A DNA stretch of 64,000 nt from Somniosus microcephalus (lineage: Eukaryota): positions 85,374,001-85,438,000 of the forward strand of contig JBMRGM010000036.1 in NCBI GenBank assembly GCA_052327205.1. The letters are read 5' to 3'. Position 1 is the first letter of the stretch; every line of letters begins with the position of its first letter. A program made the position numbers and the translations under genes. Below are positions 35,571 through 48,674 of this stretch, one piece after another. Under the pieces are notes generated by a model. It did no database searches, was not told where the DNA came from, and was given only the letters and a program-made list of their open reading frames with translations.

Positions 35571-36439
35571 AGGGGCAGACTGGATTGAGGGAACGGCTTC
35601 TGGACAAATCTTATAGGTGGAAGTAAAAATAAAACTGAATTGATTTAGAGAGGAAGTCAAGTGCGCCTTTAAAGTAGTAAAACTATTCCCAAGGTGCTTC
35701 ACAGGAGCATTAACAGACAAAATTTGACACCGAGAAAGGTTTCGGGAAGAAATACCAGAGCTTAGGGCCCAGACGGCTGAAGGCACGGTCGCGATGGAAA
35801 CGGGGCGCTAACAGGGGGCGCAAAGCAACCGAATATTTCCCTTTTTCTTTAAAAAAAAAAATCTCTTTCTTCTCAATTTTCTCCCCTTTTCCTCCTCACC
35901 TTTGCTGAAGACATTGACTCCTCACTGGGGTAGAGTTCCTGCTCCTGATCACTATCCAATGGCCCTTGATGGAACATGTGCATCTATGGGTGTTGGGAGA
36001 GGGCCGGGGTGGGTGAGAGCAAGAGTGGGCTTGGGCTGCGATAGCCCCAATAGTCAACCAGCCAACCAGTGGTCACTGTCCAGACTTACATATATGAAGA
36101 ACGGCTACTCGGGGTGAAGTGCCAGAGAGCTGCCGGCGTCCCGTGGAATTATATCCCAGCACGAATCAGCGCCTTCAGACAAGGAGAGAAGATGAGTGGC
36201 AAGAAATATCCTGAAAGAAATCAACAGAAGCTGCCAGCCTACTTGTCAGGAGGGGGCAAACCAGCAGAGTCGCGTGGACTGCTCTTGTGTAACTGCAGCA
36301 ATCGATTACACACTAGCGCATGGAAAGGGGGAGGTGATTAGGCTACTTATGATGAGAAAAGTGATGCATCGAGGCACAGGAAAAACTGCTGGATTTCTAC
36401 TATCTGTAATAGATCAAAAAAAGAACGTGATGGTATGAT

Positions 36440-36868
36440 GCAATTACATAGAATTACATCGAATCTACAGCACAGAAACAGCCGTTCGGCCCATCTGCTC
36501 CGTGCCGGTGTTTCTGCTCCACTCGAGCCTCCTCCCACCCCTCTTCATCTCACCCCCATCAGCACATCCTTCTATTCCTTTCTCCCTCCTGTGTTTGTCC
36601 AGCTTCCCCTTAAATACATCTATACTATTTGCCTCAACCACTCCCTGTGGCAGCGAGTTCCACATTCTCACCACTCTCTGGGGAAAGAAGTTTCTCCTGA
36701 ATTCCCGATTGGATTTATTAGTGACTATCTTTATATTGATGGCCCCTAGTTCTGGTCTACATCTACCCTATCAAACTCCCTTCATAATTTTGAAGGCCTC
36801 TATCAGGTCTCCCCACAGCCTTCTCTTTTCTAGAGAAAAGAGGCCCAGCCTGTTCAGCCTTTCCTGAT
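36440..36868 (-). mobile_element. CR1 LINE fragment (divergent subfamily)
   Basis: VRMWNSLPQGVVEANSIDVFKGKLDK. Confidence 0.75.
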
Positions 36869-37109
36869 AGTTCCGGTATCAATGGTGCAGCATCAGGGAC
36901 TGATACCAATACGTTCCGGTCTCTGAACAGGTTGTCTGAAGTACAATTTGATCGCCAACCTCCAGAGTGGAGAAGCAACCGACAGATGGCAGGAGGTCAC
37001 CTGCTTGCCCTCATATTCAGGCAAATAAAAGAGCACTATATTGTGTGATGAATGGATAGGATAGGGGTTCACATCTACAATCCCCAGTGCCATTGAGTTT
37101 CCACTCCTA

Positions 37110-37790
37110 GGGCTGGATTTTGCCAATGGGGAGCTTTTGGAGGCGGGACTCCCACTTGTCGGGTCGATGTCCCGCCTCCATCAATTTCTGGCCAACCCAT
37201 GCTATTTTCCCTTGATTGACCTTGTTAAGCCTGCCCAGCGTATGACGTTTCATCTGTCAAAAAGTTTTGACAGATGAATTGTCATCGTTTGACAGCTCTG
37301 TGAAGCTGTCAAACACTGACATTCTCTGTAGTTTGATGAGTTCTTGAGTTCAAGACCTCATCAAACCTCTTTCTTTTGCAGAAATGAGATGGTTATTTCA
37401 TTGGAGAATGCAACGGCCATCTGTCATCTCTACCGCGGAGGTCCGAGACTCCCCGCATACCCACTGACTGAAGCCTGCAGGAAGAAACAAAGGTAAGTAC
37501 GCTTTTACTAACATTTTGCATTTACCTCAGATACTCATCTCTCCACACTTGCACCCATCACTTACCTTCACACCACACTTTTGCACCCTCCCGACCCCCG
37601 CAGACCCACTACTCGCCTCGGTGACCCTGGCGGGTTTCAGAGCCTTCGGGAAGCCCGCACTTGTGAGGGCAAAAAGGAGATAATCCTATTTTCTGCCTGT
37701 TAACAGGCAGTTAAGCGCTCCCAAATTCTGCCATTTTCCCAGCAGTCCCGCCTCCAAACCCGCCTCCCCAGGGCTGGCTAAATCCAGCCC
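37110..37790. mobile_element. Harbinger-type MITE, family 2
   Basis: TIR GGGCTGGATTT / AAATCCAGCCC; TSD CTA; homologous to 45301-46090. Confidence 0.85.
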
Positions 37791-38219
37791 CTAGTCTCAT
37801 CACTGGAGGTAATAGGGAAGCAAAAGACTGGACATTTTCCCATTCGAGGTGGTAAAAATCAGTAGATTTGTTACAAGCTGTTCCTAAAAAAATAATAGGT
37901 AAAGGGAGGGCAGTATTAAACGCTACCCTCCCTGGAACTGACAGGTTCCAATTTGCACCTGCTCTCCTAAGCAGGTGACTGGTCCTTTTTTTAATGTCTG
38001 CATGTCAGGTCCCTATTGCATTTTTTACTAGATGTGAGTTCTTAATTTGTTTTTAAACTTTCCTCTGGGCCCTCACAAAGAAAGTGTGCTGCGATCTCAC
38101 GCCTCCCCGATAGCGGGACAGCCTGGCATACGATCCCACCACTTCCTTGCTGTTGACGGGAGGGTCGTTGTTCTGGACCGATGGACATTATGTGACATTC
38201 TGGACATTTTTACATGCAA

Positions 38220-38235
38220 TAGCACCCTCTGGTGG
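38220..38235 (-). promoter_or_regulatory. Candidate CTCF core motif
   Basis: CCACCAGAGGGTGCTA on the minus strand; motif match only. Confidence 0.45.
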
Positions 38236-39159
38236 TGGTTATTGTGTTAACAGTTTGTAAGCTGGAAAGGTCATTTGTTCCTTTCTTCCTGTGAGAGGTC
38301 ATTTGACCTTCCTACCTTTCTTCCTGTTGATCCCAAGAAGCAGTTTTGCCAGGAAGAACCTGACTTGAGTAATGGAGAATTTGCTATGAGAGGTTCCATT
38401 TACAATCCAGTGTAATCTGACTTCATATGTTAGGCCAAACGCAATATCTGTGAGTATCTTTAGTTCTTAGCATAATAGCAATGTTGTCAGAGTAATATTT
38501 TGATAATACTATGTTTATAAAAGGTTAATTTTTAATAGTTACAGAAGTTAGTTCAAATGTTAGTTAGTTATACAATTAGTCTATTCTACTGTTGTAAATA
38601 TGTTTATATCTTGTGTAATATCGAATGTGTAGTACTCAGTTTATGTACAAAACATACTTTGTCTTTGTTTACAGTTTCACAAATTTGTTCAAGTAAAGGC
38701 TTCAAACAGCAAACAGCTTCACGAAGAATTATTTGAATAGAATGTTTAACTTGCTGGATAACTAGATAGGAGCACGTCTAGCGCGGCCAGTACAGTCGTA
38801 TCATCTTCCACTGCTTCCCATCGGCCAGGTCTCATTCTGCTGTGGGCGGGCCGGAAATTGACTTGCCAGGAGCACGCTGGTAGTTAAAATCCAGACCACC
38901 TTTTCCTTTTACAAATTCTTTTCCTCACAAACTTCTGTGTTTCTTTCTTCCCCCCCGCCCCGCCCCCGTACCCCCATCCACAAAGTCAAACAATATAGAG
39001 GCAGTAAGATCAGCCCAGATAATGAACCCTCAAATCTTTTCGGGATATTTAACAGCTAAAATATGTCTCAAAGCAACTCCTTATGAGAGGTCAACTGTCT
39101 GAAGTGCTGCAAGGGAACTATAATGGCATTTGTGTCTTTTTTTTATTTGTTTGTTCACA

Positions 39160-39510
39160 GGCCGGCGTTTATTGCCCATTCCTAATTGCCCTTGACAAGG
39201 TGGTGGTGAGCCACCTTCTTGAACCGCTGCAGTCCTTGTGGTGAAGAGTCAACCCCATTGCTGTGGGTCTGGAGTCACATATAGGCCAGACCAGGTAAGG
39301 ACAACAGATTCCCTACCTTAAAGGACATTAGTGAACCAGATGAGTTTTTACAACAATCCAGTAGCTTCATGGTCACCATTACCGGTACTAGCTTTTTAAT
39401 TCCAGAGTTATTTAATTAACTGAATTTAAATCCACCGTGGTGGAACTCACTTCTCGGGATCATTAGTCCAGGCCTCTGGATTACTAGTAACATAACCACT
39501 ATGCTGTCGT
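39160..39510 (-). mobile_element. tRNA-derived SINE, same family as 47611-48012
   Basis: Reverse-complement similarity to 47611-48012, including the A-box end taaccactatgct. Confidence 0.7.
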
Positions 39511-39820
39511 ACCTCTGATTCTTGTGTCTTTAACTCTTTCCTGACTTCAGCAAACAAGCATAAGTTGGGAGCAACCATTTCAGCAACTTCAAACCCATAG
39601 TAAAACCACAACATCACAAAGATAGGTTTGGATAAAGGTCACCTTTCAGCTCGTTCGAATCTCAAGTCTTGCAGAACACAAGCCCTACAGGCATCCCCTT
39701 ACAGCGTCAAACTGTTTCATCGATGCTTGACCTGTGATGAAATATTCCATTAATCACTGCCTGTGACTGTGGTTGGTTTCAGGTTTCAGTTCCCTTACCT
39801 CAGTTCCGTCTCCTCACCAT

Positions 39821-40022
39821 TGTATTGTATATTGTAATGTATTGTGTGTAGGGCTCCGCCCATACCTGGCCCCTATGTAAGCAAGCTCAGTCTGGCCTCA
39901 TATCCAGTACTGCAGACCTCCAGATGGAAGATACCTCTCTCCACTGCGTGTTACCTTCTAAGTTAATAAAAGCCTTGTTTTGTTTCGCTAACATCGGGTC
40001 TCGGAATTATTGAGGCACATCA
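39821..40022 (+). mobile_element. Possible solo LTR
   Basis: About 200 bp TG...CA segment with AATAAA about 55 bp from the end; no clean TSD. Confidence 0.4.
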
Positions 40023-41194
40023 TGACCCTTCCTGGCACCTGCTGATCACCTCTGCGCAAAGACATCTCTCTTGGTGTCTATCCTAGACTTCCTCCGACCC
40101 TGTTCTGTCCGCAGATCTGAAAGCATGTGTTTACTCTAAAAAAGGATCCCCTCTGACAAGTCTCTTTTTGAAGCTGAAGACCTCTAGCTTAGCTCATTGT
40201 TTCTCATGGCTCATCCCTCTCACACCGGGGATCTGCTTCGCTGCTCTGGCTGGCACCCCCCCCCCTTCTAGAAACTGAAAGGTCCTTTTAAATCACAGCA
40301 ATCGCAACTGTACACAGCCCTCTAAGATCAATTAAGCGAGGCTGGCTAGTACAGGAGTGCACGGCAGGCTACCCAAGGGAAAAGAGACAAAGCAGTCCAT
40401 TTCAAACAACGTTGTGTGTGAGAAGTGCTTGTTGCTCCCATGATCTTTCTCTCCTCCTGATCACAGATGCTGCAGAGGCGAATTGTAGTGGCCCCCAACT
40501 CAGATCAGTTAACTCAGCACATACGGCCAATTAAACCGGGAACCCTGTTGGGATTAGTGACACGCTGGGCAGCGCCTTCGCTTAACCACTATTTGAAGTG
40601 ACTTCTGTGTTTAAAAATCCACCAGCCGGGGAACTGGGCTGTGCTCTGGATTCCTGAGCTTGGAGTTATCCTTTTCCTGGGCCGACTCCCTTGCTCGAAA
40701 TAGTAGCTGGCCCGCGCCTGGGTTCTCTTTGATCTGCATCCCACCAGGATTTCCTGTATAATCCTTTTAGAGATGCTGCAGTCATAGAACTAATAGGGCG
40801 ACAATGGCGCTGTCTCCTGGTTTCCCCCCCAAAGGCTGCAACAAAGCACACACAAGAGAGAGAAACAGGAAGCACATGCGCATTGTCTGTCATTCCTCAC
40901 TTCGCATTACCCCAGTCACTCAAAGGTTCCAGACAGTTGTTTCAAGAAATGAGATGGAAAAGGGCTCAGTCAAGAGTTTCAATTCTAAGCTGCCCTTGTG
41001 GTTATACGAGTGATATTTCGAACATCTGGATGATACCATACGATATATTAAGCTCGAGCATTGCATTAATGCTGAACGCTTGTATCTGTCGTATTGATGC
41101 TTTCATGTAGATATTCCTGGTGAAGATATACTTGGATTTCTTCTCTCCCCCCCCTCTTCCCCATCACTTAGTCAAGATCAAGACTCCATTATGT

Positions 41195-41890
41195 CTTCTT
41201 CTTAGGCAGTCCCTCGGAACCGAGGGTGACTTGCTTCCACACTAGAAATGAGTTCTCAGGTGACTGATGAGTCCAATGTGGGACCTACAGTCTCTGTCAC
41301 AGGTGGGGCAGACGGTGTTTGAAGGGGCAGGTGGGCGGGGTGCTTGGGTTGACGTGCGCTCCTTGTGCTGTTTGTGCTTGGCTTCCGCTTGCTCCCGGCG
41401 AAGAGACTCGAGGTGTTCGGCGCCTTCCCGGATGCTTCTCCTCCACTTTGTGCGGTCTTGGGCCAGGGATTCCCAGGTGTCGGTGGGGATGTTGCACTTT
41501 TCCAAGGAGGCTTTGAGGGTGTCCTTGAAGCGTTTCCTCTGCCCACCTGGGGCTCTCTTGCTGTGCCGGAGCTCTGAGTAGAGCGTTTGTTTTGGGAGTC
41601 TCGTATCGGGCATGCGGACGATGTGGCCCGTCCATCGGAGCTGATCGCGCGTGGTCAAAACTTCAATGCTGGGGATGTCGGCCTGAGCGAGAATACTGAC
41701 GTTGGTGCGCCTATCCTGCTAATGGATTTGCAGGATCTTGCGGAGGCAGCGTTGGTGGTACCTCTCCAGTGCTTTGAGGTGCCTGCTGTACATGGTCCAT
41801 GTCTCTGAAGCATACAGGAGGGCGGGAATCACTACTGCTCTGTAGACCATGAGCTTGGTGCTGGGTTTGAGGTCCTGAGGTTTGAGGTCC
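41195..41890 (-). mobile_element. RTE-clade LINE 3' fragment
   Basis: TKLMVYRAVV.PALLYASETW...RWTGHIVRM...CPTCDRDCRSHIGLISH. Confidence 0.88.
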
Positions 41891-41907
41891 ATTATGTAGT
41901 GAATTAG

Positions 41908-42690
41908 CAACAACTGGCATTCATAGAACACTTTTAATGTAGAAAAACCTATCAAAGCAGTTCACAGAGGTGTAATCAAAAAATGGACGCTGTGTCAAAG
42001 GAGGTAATAGGAGGGTGACCAAAGGCTCAGTTAAAAAGGTGGGTTTTAAGGAGGCCATAAAAGAAAGAAGGAGGTGGATAGGCAGAGGGGTTTACAGACG
42101 GCATTCCAGAGCATGCAAACCAGGTAGGTGAAGACACGGAAGCCAATGGTGGGGTGGAAGGAGCCGGGGATGCACAAGAGGCCAGAATCAGCAGAGTGGA
42201 GAGTACAGGGAAGGGGTGTGTGCAGGCCTGCGGGGAGTTAGGGATAGGGAAGGGTGACGGCGTGAAGAGATTTAAATATGAGGATGAGAATTTTCCATTT
42301 GAGGTGCTAGGGGACGGGAAGCCAATGTGGGCCAGCAAGGGCAGGGGTGATGGGCGAGTGCAACTTGGTGCAGAATAGGATCCGGGCCAGCAGAGATTTG
42401 GATGAAGTGAAGTATACGGAGGGTGGAGAATGGTCGGCCAGCTCGGAGATCCTTGGAATAGTTGAGTCTGGAGGTGACGGTTTTAGCAGCAGGTAGGCTG
42501 AGGTGGGGGCAGCAATGGGTGCTGCTGCAGAGGTGGAAGCTGTTGGTCTTTGTGAGAGAGAGGATATGGAGTCGGAAGCTCAACTTGGGGTTGAGTAGGA
42601 TGCCTAGGTTGCGATCAGTCTGGTTCAGCCTAAGGCAGTGGCTGGGTAGGAGGATGGTATCTGTGGCAAGAGTATGGAGTCTGCCATAGG
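41908..42690 (-). mobile_element. Old L2-like LINE fragment
   Basis: L2-like tail at 41908; VTSRLNYS motif. Confidence 0.6.
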
Positions 42691-42694
42691 CAGA

Positions 42695-43570
42695 AAGAGG
42701 TTGTAGATGGATTTGGCTCTGCTTGGAGACCGGTCACCATTGGTGTCCCGCAGGGATCGGTGTTAGCACTGGTGCTATTTACTATTTTCATTAATGATCT
42801 AAACGTAGGTGTTGGGACAATGATCTGCAAGTTTGCAGATGACACAAAAATATGTGCTAGAGTCTGGACTGTAAAGGATGCTCGATTACGACAAAATGAT
42901 TAGGAGGCGCTGAGGGCATTGGGTCTGGCGTGACTGGTGAATCATAGAATAGAATCATAGAATGGTTACAGCACAGAAGGAGGCCATTCGGCCCATCGAG
43001 CCCATGCCGGCTCTCTGCAAGAGCACTTCAGCTAGTCCCACTCCCCCGCCTTTTCCCCGTAGCCCTGCAATTTTTTTTCCTTCAGGTACTTATCCAATTC
43101 TCTTTTGAAAGCCACGATTGAGTCTGCCTCCACCACCCTTTCAGGCAGTGCATTCCAGATCCTAACCACTCGCTGAGTAAAAGAGTTTTCCCTCATCTCG
43201 CCTTTGGTTCTTTTGCCAAACATCTTGTATCTTTGTCCTCTGGTTCTCGACCCCTCCACCAACAGGAACATTTCCCTCTATCTACTCTGTCTAGACCCCT
43301 CATGATTTTGAACACCTCTATCAAATCTCCTCTCGACCTTCTCTGCTCCAAGGAGAACAACCCCAGCTTCTCCAGTCTATCCACGTAATTGAAGTAAATG
43401 ACATTTAACTTAGCAAAGTGCAGTGTTATGAATGCGGGCAGGTCAAATGCTGAGCATGCATACGCCCTTCAGCGAAAAGAACTAAAGCCGGTGGGGAAAG
43501 AAAAAGATCTGGGCATTCTAGTGCATAGATCGCCAAATACTCAGGACCAATACCATGAAGCGAGAGCTAG
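42695..43570 (+). mobile_element. Old CR1 RT fragment interrupted by an opposite-strand CR1 (42941-43395)
   Basis: GVPQGSVL...FINDL...KFADDTK; continues FNLAKCSVM...EKDLGILV after 43398. Confidence 0.75.
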
Positions 43571-44029
43571 AGTAAATACTGGACATCAAGTCACATGCTT
43601 TTGTTGGGCACAGCAGTCCCCACAGAAACAGTATTAGCACAACAAAATTAATAGCTTTGTGTTCATAGAATCATAGAAATTTACAGCACAGAAGGAGGCC
43701 ATTCGGCCCATCGTGTCCGCGCTGGCCGACAAAGAGCTCTCCAGCCTAATCCCACTTTCCAGCTCTTGGTCCGTAGCCTTGTAGGTTAAGGCACTTCAAG
43801 TGCATATCCAAGTACTTTTTAAATGTGGTAAGGGTTTCTACCTCGACCACCCTTTCAGGCAGTTAGTTCCAGACCCCACCACCCTCTGGGTGAAAACATT
43901 TCTGCTCAACTCCCCTCTCCTGTTGTGGAGAACCTCTGGCATGGGAGGCCTGAAACTCCTTCACATAAAAACTGAGTGGTTGAAAACATTTGATGCCAAC
44001 AACATGCCCAGATTAGTAATATTGAAGAT

Positions 44030-44610
44030 TTTTTTTATTCGTGTATGGGGTGTGGGTGTCGCTGGCGAGGCCCAGCATTTATTGCCCATCCCTAGTTGCC
44101 CTCGAGAAGGTGGTGGTGAGCCGCCTTCTTGAACCGCTGCAGTCCGTGTGGTGAAGGTGCTCCCACAGTGCTGTTAGGAAGGGAGATCCAGGATTTTGAC
44201 CCAGCGACGATGAAGGATCGGCGATATATTTCCAAGTCAGGATGGTGTGTGACTTGGAGGGGAACTTGGAGGTGGTGGTGTTCCCATGCGCCTGCTGCCC
44301 TTGTCCTTCTAGGTGGTGGAGGTTGCGGGTTTGGGAGGTGCTGCCAAAGAAGCCTTGGCGAGTTGCTGCAGTGCATCTTGTAGATGGTCCACACTGCAGC
44401 CACGGTGCGCCGGTGGTAGAGGGAGTGAATGTTTAAGGTGGTGGACGGGGTGCCAATCAAACGGGCTGCTTTGTCCTGGATGGTGTCGAGCTTCTTGAGC
44501 GTTGTTGGAGCTGCACTCATCCAGGCAAGTGGAGAGTATTCCATCACACTCCTGACTTGTGCCTTGTAGATGGTGGAAAGGCTTTGGGGAGTCAGGAGGT
44601 GGACTCCTGA
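44030..44610 (-). mobile_element. CR1/L2-group LINE family B, 3' fragment
   Basis: IYKAQVRSVMEYSP.AW...LDTIQDKA.RLI...SL.HRR.VA; related copies at 6822, 48675, 50790 and 56370. Confidence 0.8.
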
Positions 44611-45300
44611 AGAAGATGACGGCAGACAGATTGAGGTCACCACCATTCTTACATTACACAGCATTTGAGCAGCCTCCAGAGTGGCAATCTGCAATTGCCA
44701 TGTAGCGTATGGACCCAGGGCAAACTGTGCGAATTACTGATGAGTTTTTAACTTGCATTCTCACTTCCAAATCCTGGTCTCCCTCCCAGCTTCCTGTACC
44801 AATGCCAGGACCAAACCCTTGTTTAAAAAATTTATAGAGAAGGTCTCACATCAGAATGACCCTCCCCATTTCACAGAAATAATCTTGACAATATGCCCCG
44901 GGTTTAAAATATTAATAATTAAGTTGAATTTTATATTTTATAATTTTTTTTAAAGAATTGAAGGAACGCTGCCACAGAATAAACTCCAAGTATGCAGGGG
45001 AGGTCAGTAATAATTTTGTGCGGCTCATGGCGACCTGTGTTAAGTCTGACACGCGCAGTATATGGGCTGGACATGGTTACTGACGGCTCCTGATCTTTCA
45101 CAGCTGGAAGTGAAGGAACTCAAGAAGCAAGAGCTCTGTAACCCGGGGTGGGAGGCCCTTGTCAGCAGCGCCACCACGCTTCACTCCTCCCCCTCCTCAC
45201 ACTTTGCTGGCGCCACAGATATTTTGCGACCTTCAGCTATCTCACAGCATTTCGCCTCCACCCCACACAATTCACTCTACAAGGTAGATTTCTTTCACTT

Positions 45301-46090
45301 GGGGGGTGATTTTCTCAATGGGGAGCTTTTGGAGCCGGGACTCCCACTTGTCGGGTTTCAGTCCCGCCTCCAACAACTTCTGGCCAACCCACGCTATTTT
45401 CCCTTGATTGACCTTGTTAAGCCTGCCCAGCGGGCACAGCAGGCCAATTAAGGGAAAGCCGGTTGCAGAGAATGTCAACGTATGACGTTTCATCTGTGAA
45501 GCTGTCAAACAGTGACATTCTCTGTAGTTTGATGAGTTCTTGAAGTCAAGACTCATCAAACATCTTTCTTTTGCAGAAATTAGACAGTTGTTGCATTGGA
45601 GAATGCAGCAGCCATCCGTCATCTCTGCCGCGGAGGTCTGAGACTCTCCGCATCCCCACCGACTGAAGCCTGCAGGAAGAAACAAAGGTAAGTACACTTT
45701 TACTAACACTTTGCACTTACCTCAGATACTCACCTCTCCACACTTGCACCCATCACTTACCTTCACACCACACTTTTGCACCCTCCCAACCCCCGCAGAC
45801 CCACTACTCGCCTCGGTGACCCTGGCGGGTTTCGGAGCTTTCGGGAAGCTCGCACTTGTGAGGGCAAAAAGGGGATCATCCTATTTTCTGCCTGTTAACT
45901 ACCTGTTAACAGGCAGTTAATAGGCTTTAATCCCTTCCCGCCTCCAAGGAGACGGGACCCAGCGCAGGACGGCTACCCGCCTCCTGGGAGGATGGCACGG
46001 AAGCGGGTTGGGCGTCCGCCCCCAAATTCTGCCATTTTCCCGGCAGTCCCGTCTCCAAACCCGCCTCCCCAGGGCTGGCAAGATCGCCCC
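45301..46090. mobile_element. Harbinger-type MITE, family 2 (longer copy)
   Basis: Homologous to 37110-37790; imperfect TIRs; TSD CTT. Confidence 0.8.
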
Positions 46091-46825
46091 CTTACTTTCT
46101 GAAGTTATTTCTGCCCCTCTTCAAATCCCAATGTTATTGAGTCCTGTATGTAACTTAAGTGTCCAGTTTATTCACATTACACATATAGATGAAGAAAGCC
46201 ATTCAATCTATCTTAGTTCAGCCACCCAGAAATTCCCTATAGTCCCTCCAACCCTTACTTTGCCTCCATTTCATATTTTGATTATTCTTTCTGTGAAGAA
46301 CCTCCTGACTTCAATCCTAAATTGCTCGCTTACATCTGTTCCCTTGGCCTCCAGGCGTAGAGCCCAAATTTCCTGGGTCGGCAGAGGGCGTAAGTCAGCA
46401 ACTGAGCCTTTATGGAGGGGCGGGATTTTTTTTTTTTTTTACGGGTCCAATGTACACTGGGGCTCCGTGGCAGTGATTCCATTGAGCTTCAGGGTGTGCT
46501 AAAGAGGTGTCTGCAGCCCCAGTGACAGCCAGATGCAAATGATGGAGTTACGACAGGAGACGCCACAACTTGCGCTGCTTGGGGAGTGAGCGGGAATATG
46601 GTATTGAGGTAGAGGATCAGCCACGATCATATTGAATGGCGGAGCAGGCTCGAAGGGCCGAATGGCCTACTCCTGCTCCTATGTTTTGTCAAGACCTGTA
46701 CATCTAGGTGGAAATAGTTGGTTCAAGGGACACTGCTGATCTCAGCATGCTCCTGGAGACTTCCAGCCGCATCTTGGGAGTCACTGCAGATACTGGGAAG
46801 AAATGCCACTGTTATACTCAGGAAG

Positions 46826-47190
46826 CTGGAGTTTAGAAGAGTAAGAGGTGACTTGATTGAAACATATAAGATCCTGAGGGGTCTTGACAGGGTGGATGTG
46901 GAGAGGATGTTTCCTCTTGTGGGAGAATCTAGAACTAGGGGTCGCCCATTTAAGACAGAGATGAGGAGAAATTTTTTCTCACAGAGGGTGGTGAGTCTTT
47001 GGAACTCTCTTCCTCAGAGGGCGGTGGAAGCAGAGTCTTTGAATATTTTGAAGGCAGAGGTAGATAGATTCTTGATAAGCAAGGGGGTGAAAGGTTATCA
47101 GGAGCAGGCGGGAATGTGGAGTAATCAGGTCAGCCATGATCTTATTGAATGGCGGAGCAGGCTCCTGCTCCTAATTCATATGTTTGTATG
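46826..47190 (+). mobile_element. CR1 LINE 3' fragment
   Basis: LEFRRVRGDLIETYK...RNFFSQRVVSLWNSLP. Confidence 0.85.
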
Positions 47191-47249
47191 TTCCCTTGCA
47201 TTCTGCATTCCCCTTGGAAAGAATCACTGAGCTACTATCTGAGGGCTTC

Positions 47250-47600
47250 CTTTGCAGGCAAACAGAACAGCCATTTTGCATACAGCAGAGCACCACAAAC
47301 AGCAATGAAATAAATGATCGGGTTAATTCTTCCTTTTGGCGTTGGTTGAGTGAACGATGTTGCCCATGATACCAGAAGAACTACCTGCTCTTCTTTGTAT
47401 TGCACAGTACTGTGGGATCTTTAACATCTACCTGAAGCAATGGGCCTCAGTATGACTCTCAGCTGAAGGCCAGCGTCTCTAACAGTGCAACACTCCTTTG
47501 GTACGGCACTAAAGCTTCAGCCTAGATTATGTCCTGCAGTGGAGCTTGAACCCACACCTTCAGACTCAGAGGCAAGGGTGCTGCCAATTGAGCCAAGGTG
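47250..47600 (-). mobile_element. Deu-domain SINE (degraded)
   Basis: Colinear with 17398-18366 but without the minisatellite. Confidence 0.6.
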
Positions 47601-47610
47601 ATATTCAATA

Positions 47611-48012
47611 GGGGTACGATAGCATAGTGGTTATGTTACTGAACTAGTAATCCTGGAGACGTGAGTTCAAATCCCACCACAGCAGCTGCAGAATTTAGAT
47701 CCAGTTAATTAAATAAATCTGGAATAAAAGGTAGTATCAGTAATAGAGACTGTGAAACTATGCCAGATTGTCGCAAAAACCCATCTGGCTCACTAATGAG
47801 GAAAGGAAATCTGCTGTCCTTACCCGGTCTGGCCTATATGTGACTCTAGACCCATAGCAATGTGGTTTGACTCTTAACTGCCTTCTGAGATGGCCTAGCA
47901 AGACACTCAGTTGTATAAGGTGGCTCACCACCAGCTTCTCAAGGCCAATTAGGGATGGGCAATAACTGCTGGTCTTGCCAGCGATGCCCACATCCCATGA
48001 ATGAATAAAAAA
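47611..48012 (+). mobile_element. tRNA-derived SINE with a LINE family B tail
   Basis: A box TAGCATAGTGG, B box GAGTTCAAATCC; 3' end matches the family B LINE tail; A-rich end. Confidence 0.8.
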
Positions 48013-48674
48013 AACTATTATCTATTTTATTCACATAAGCATGGGTCATCATTCCATGGCACAGTAAACTGGAGTACAGATAGATTTCATAGATCATTAT
48101 TTATTATCAATTGCTATACGCACAGTTACAGTAAGTAAGCAATGAATTCAGCCACAGAATAATTTGCGTCAGAAATCTTTTGAAATGAAGACGCCAGATT
48201 ATAATGATGCTGATGGTAATTCCCTTAATTCTGAAATGTATGCGGCTCCGATCATTAATAATGTCAGTGCAACAGCTCATTTAAAGGCACTGTTGTCAGC
48301 AGTGTGATTTCCCCCCCCCCGCCCTCAAGCTGTCAGGTGTTCCCAGCAGAGGGTGAGCTGCCAGTTTAAGACTCACAGTCCGTTTAAAAAAAAATCCATT
48401 CAACTTAAGACATTCCACATGTACCCATATCAACTCTTTTACACCCACAGGACGCTTCCCAATAAAAATGAGATTAAGGTATAAACAGTTTCCACTCAAT
48501 CAGCGCCAGCCCCCTGGGTGTAGCTGTAACTTCTGTGCGAAAGATTCAAATCGCACATTGTAACACCTCACACCTATATCATTCCAGACAAAACAGGTCA
48601 AAATAATGCATGACTGGAATATAGCACTAAACACCATCCAGACCGTTGACCTATCGCCTGAGTTTTTTTAAAAT

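Noticed and set aside
38340-38900. Plus-strand exon/AT-rich intron-like pattern ending in a Harbinger-like terminus (aaaatccagacc)
   Set aside because: No sustained ORF and no matching left terminus found; probably a decayed transposon remnant, but not supportable.
40666-40835. Possible minus-strand terminal exon after a pyrimidine-rich acceptor
   Set aside because: The peptide has no recognisable homology and there is no independent support.
47611-47685. tRNA gene
   Set aside because: A and B boxes only; no full cloverleaf, and it continues into SINE body and tail.
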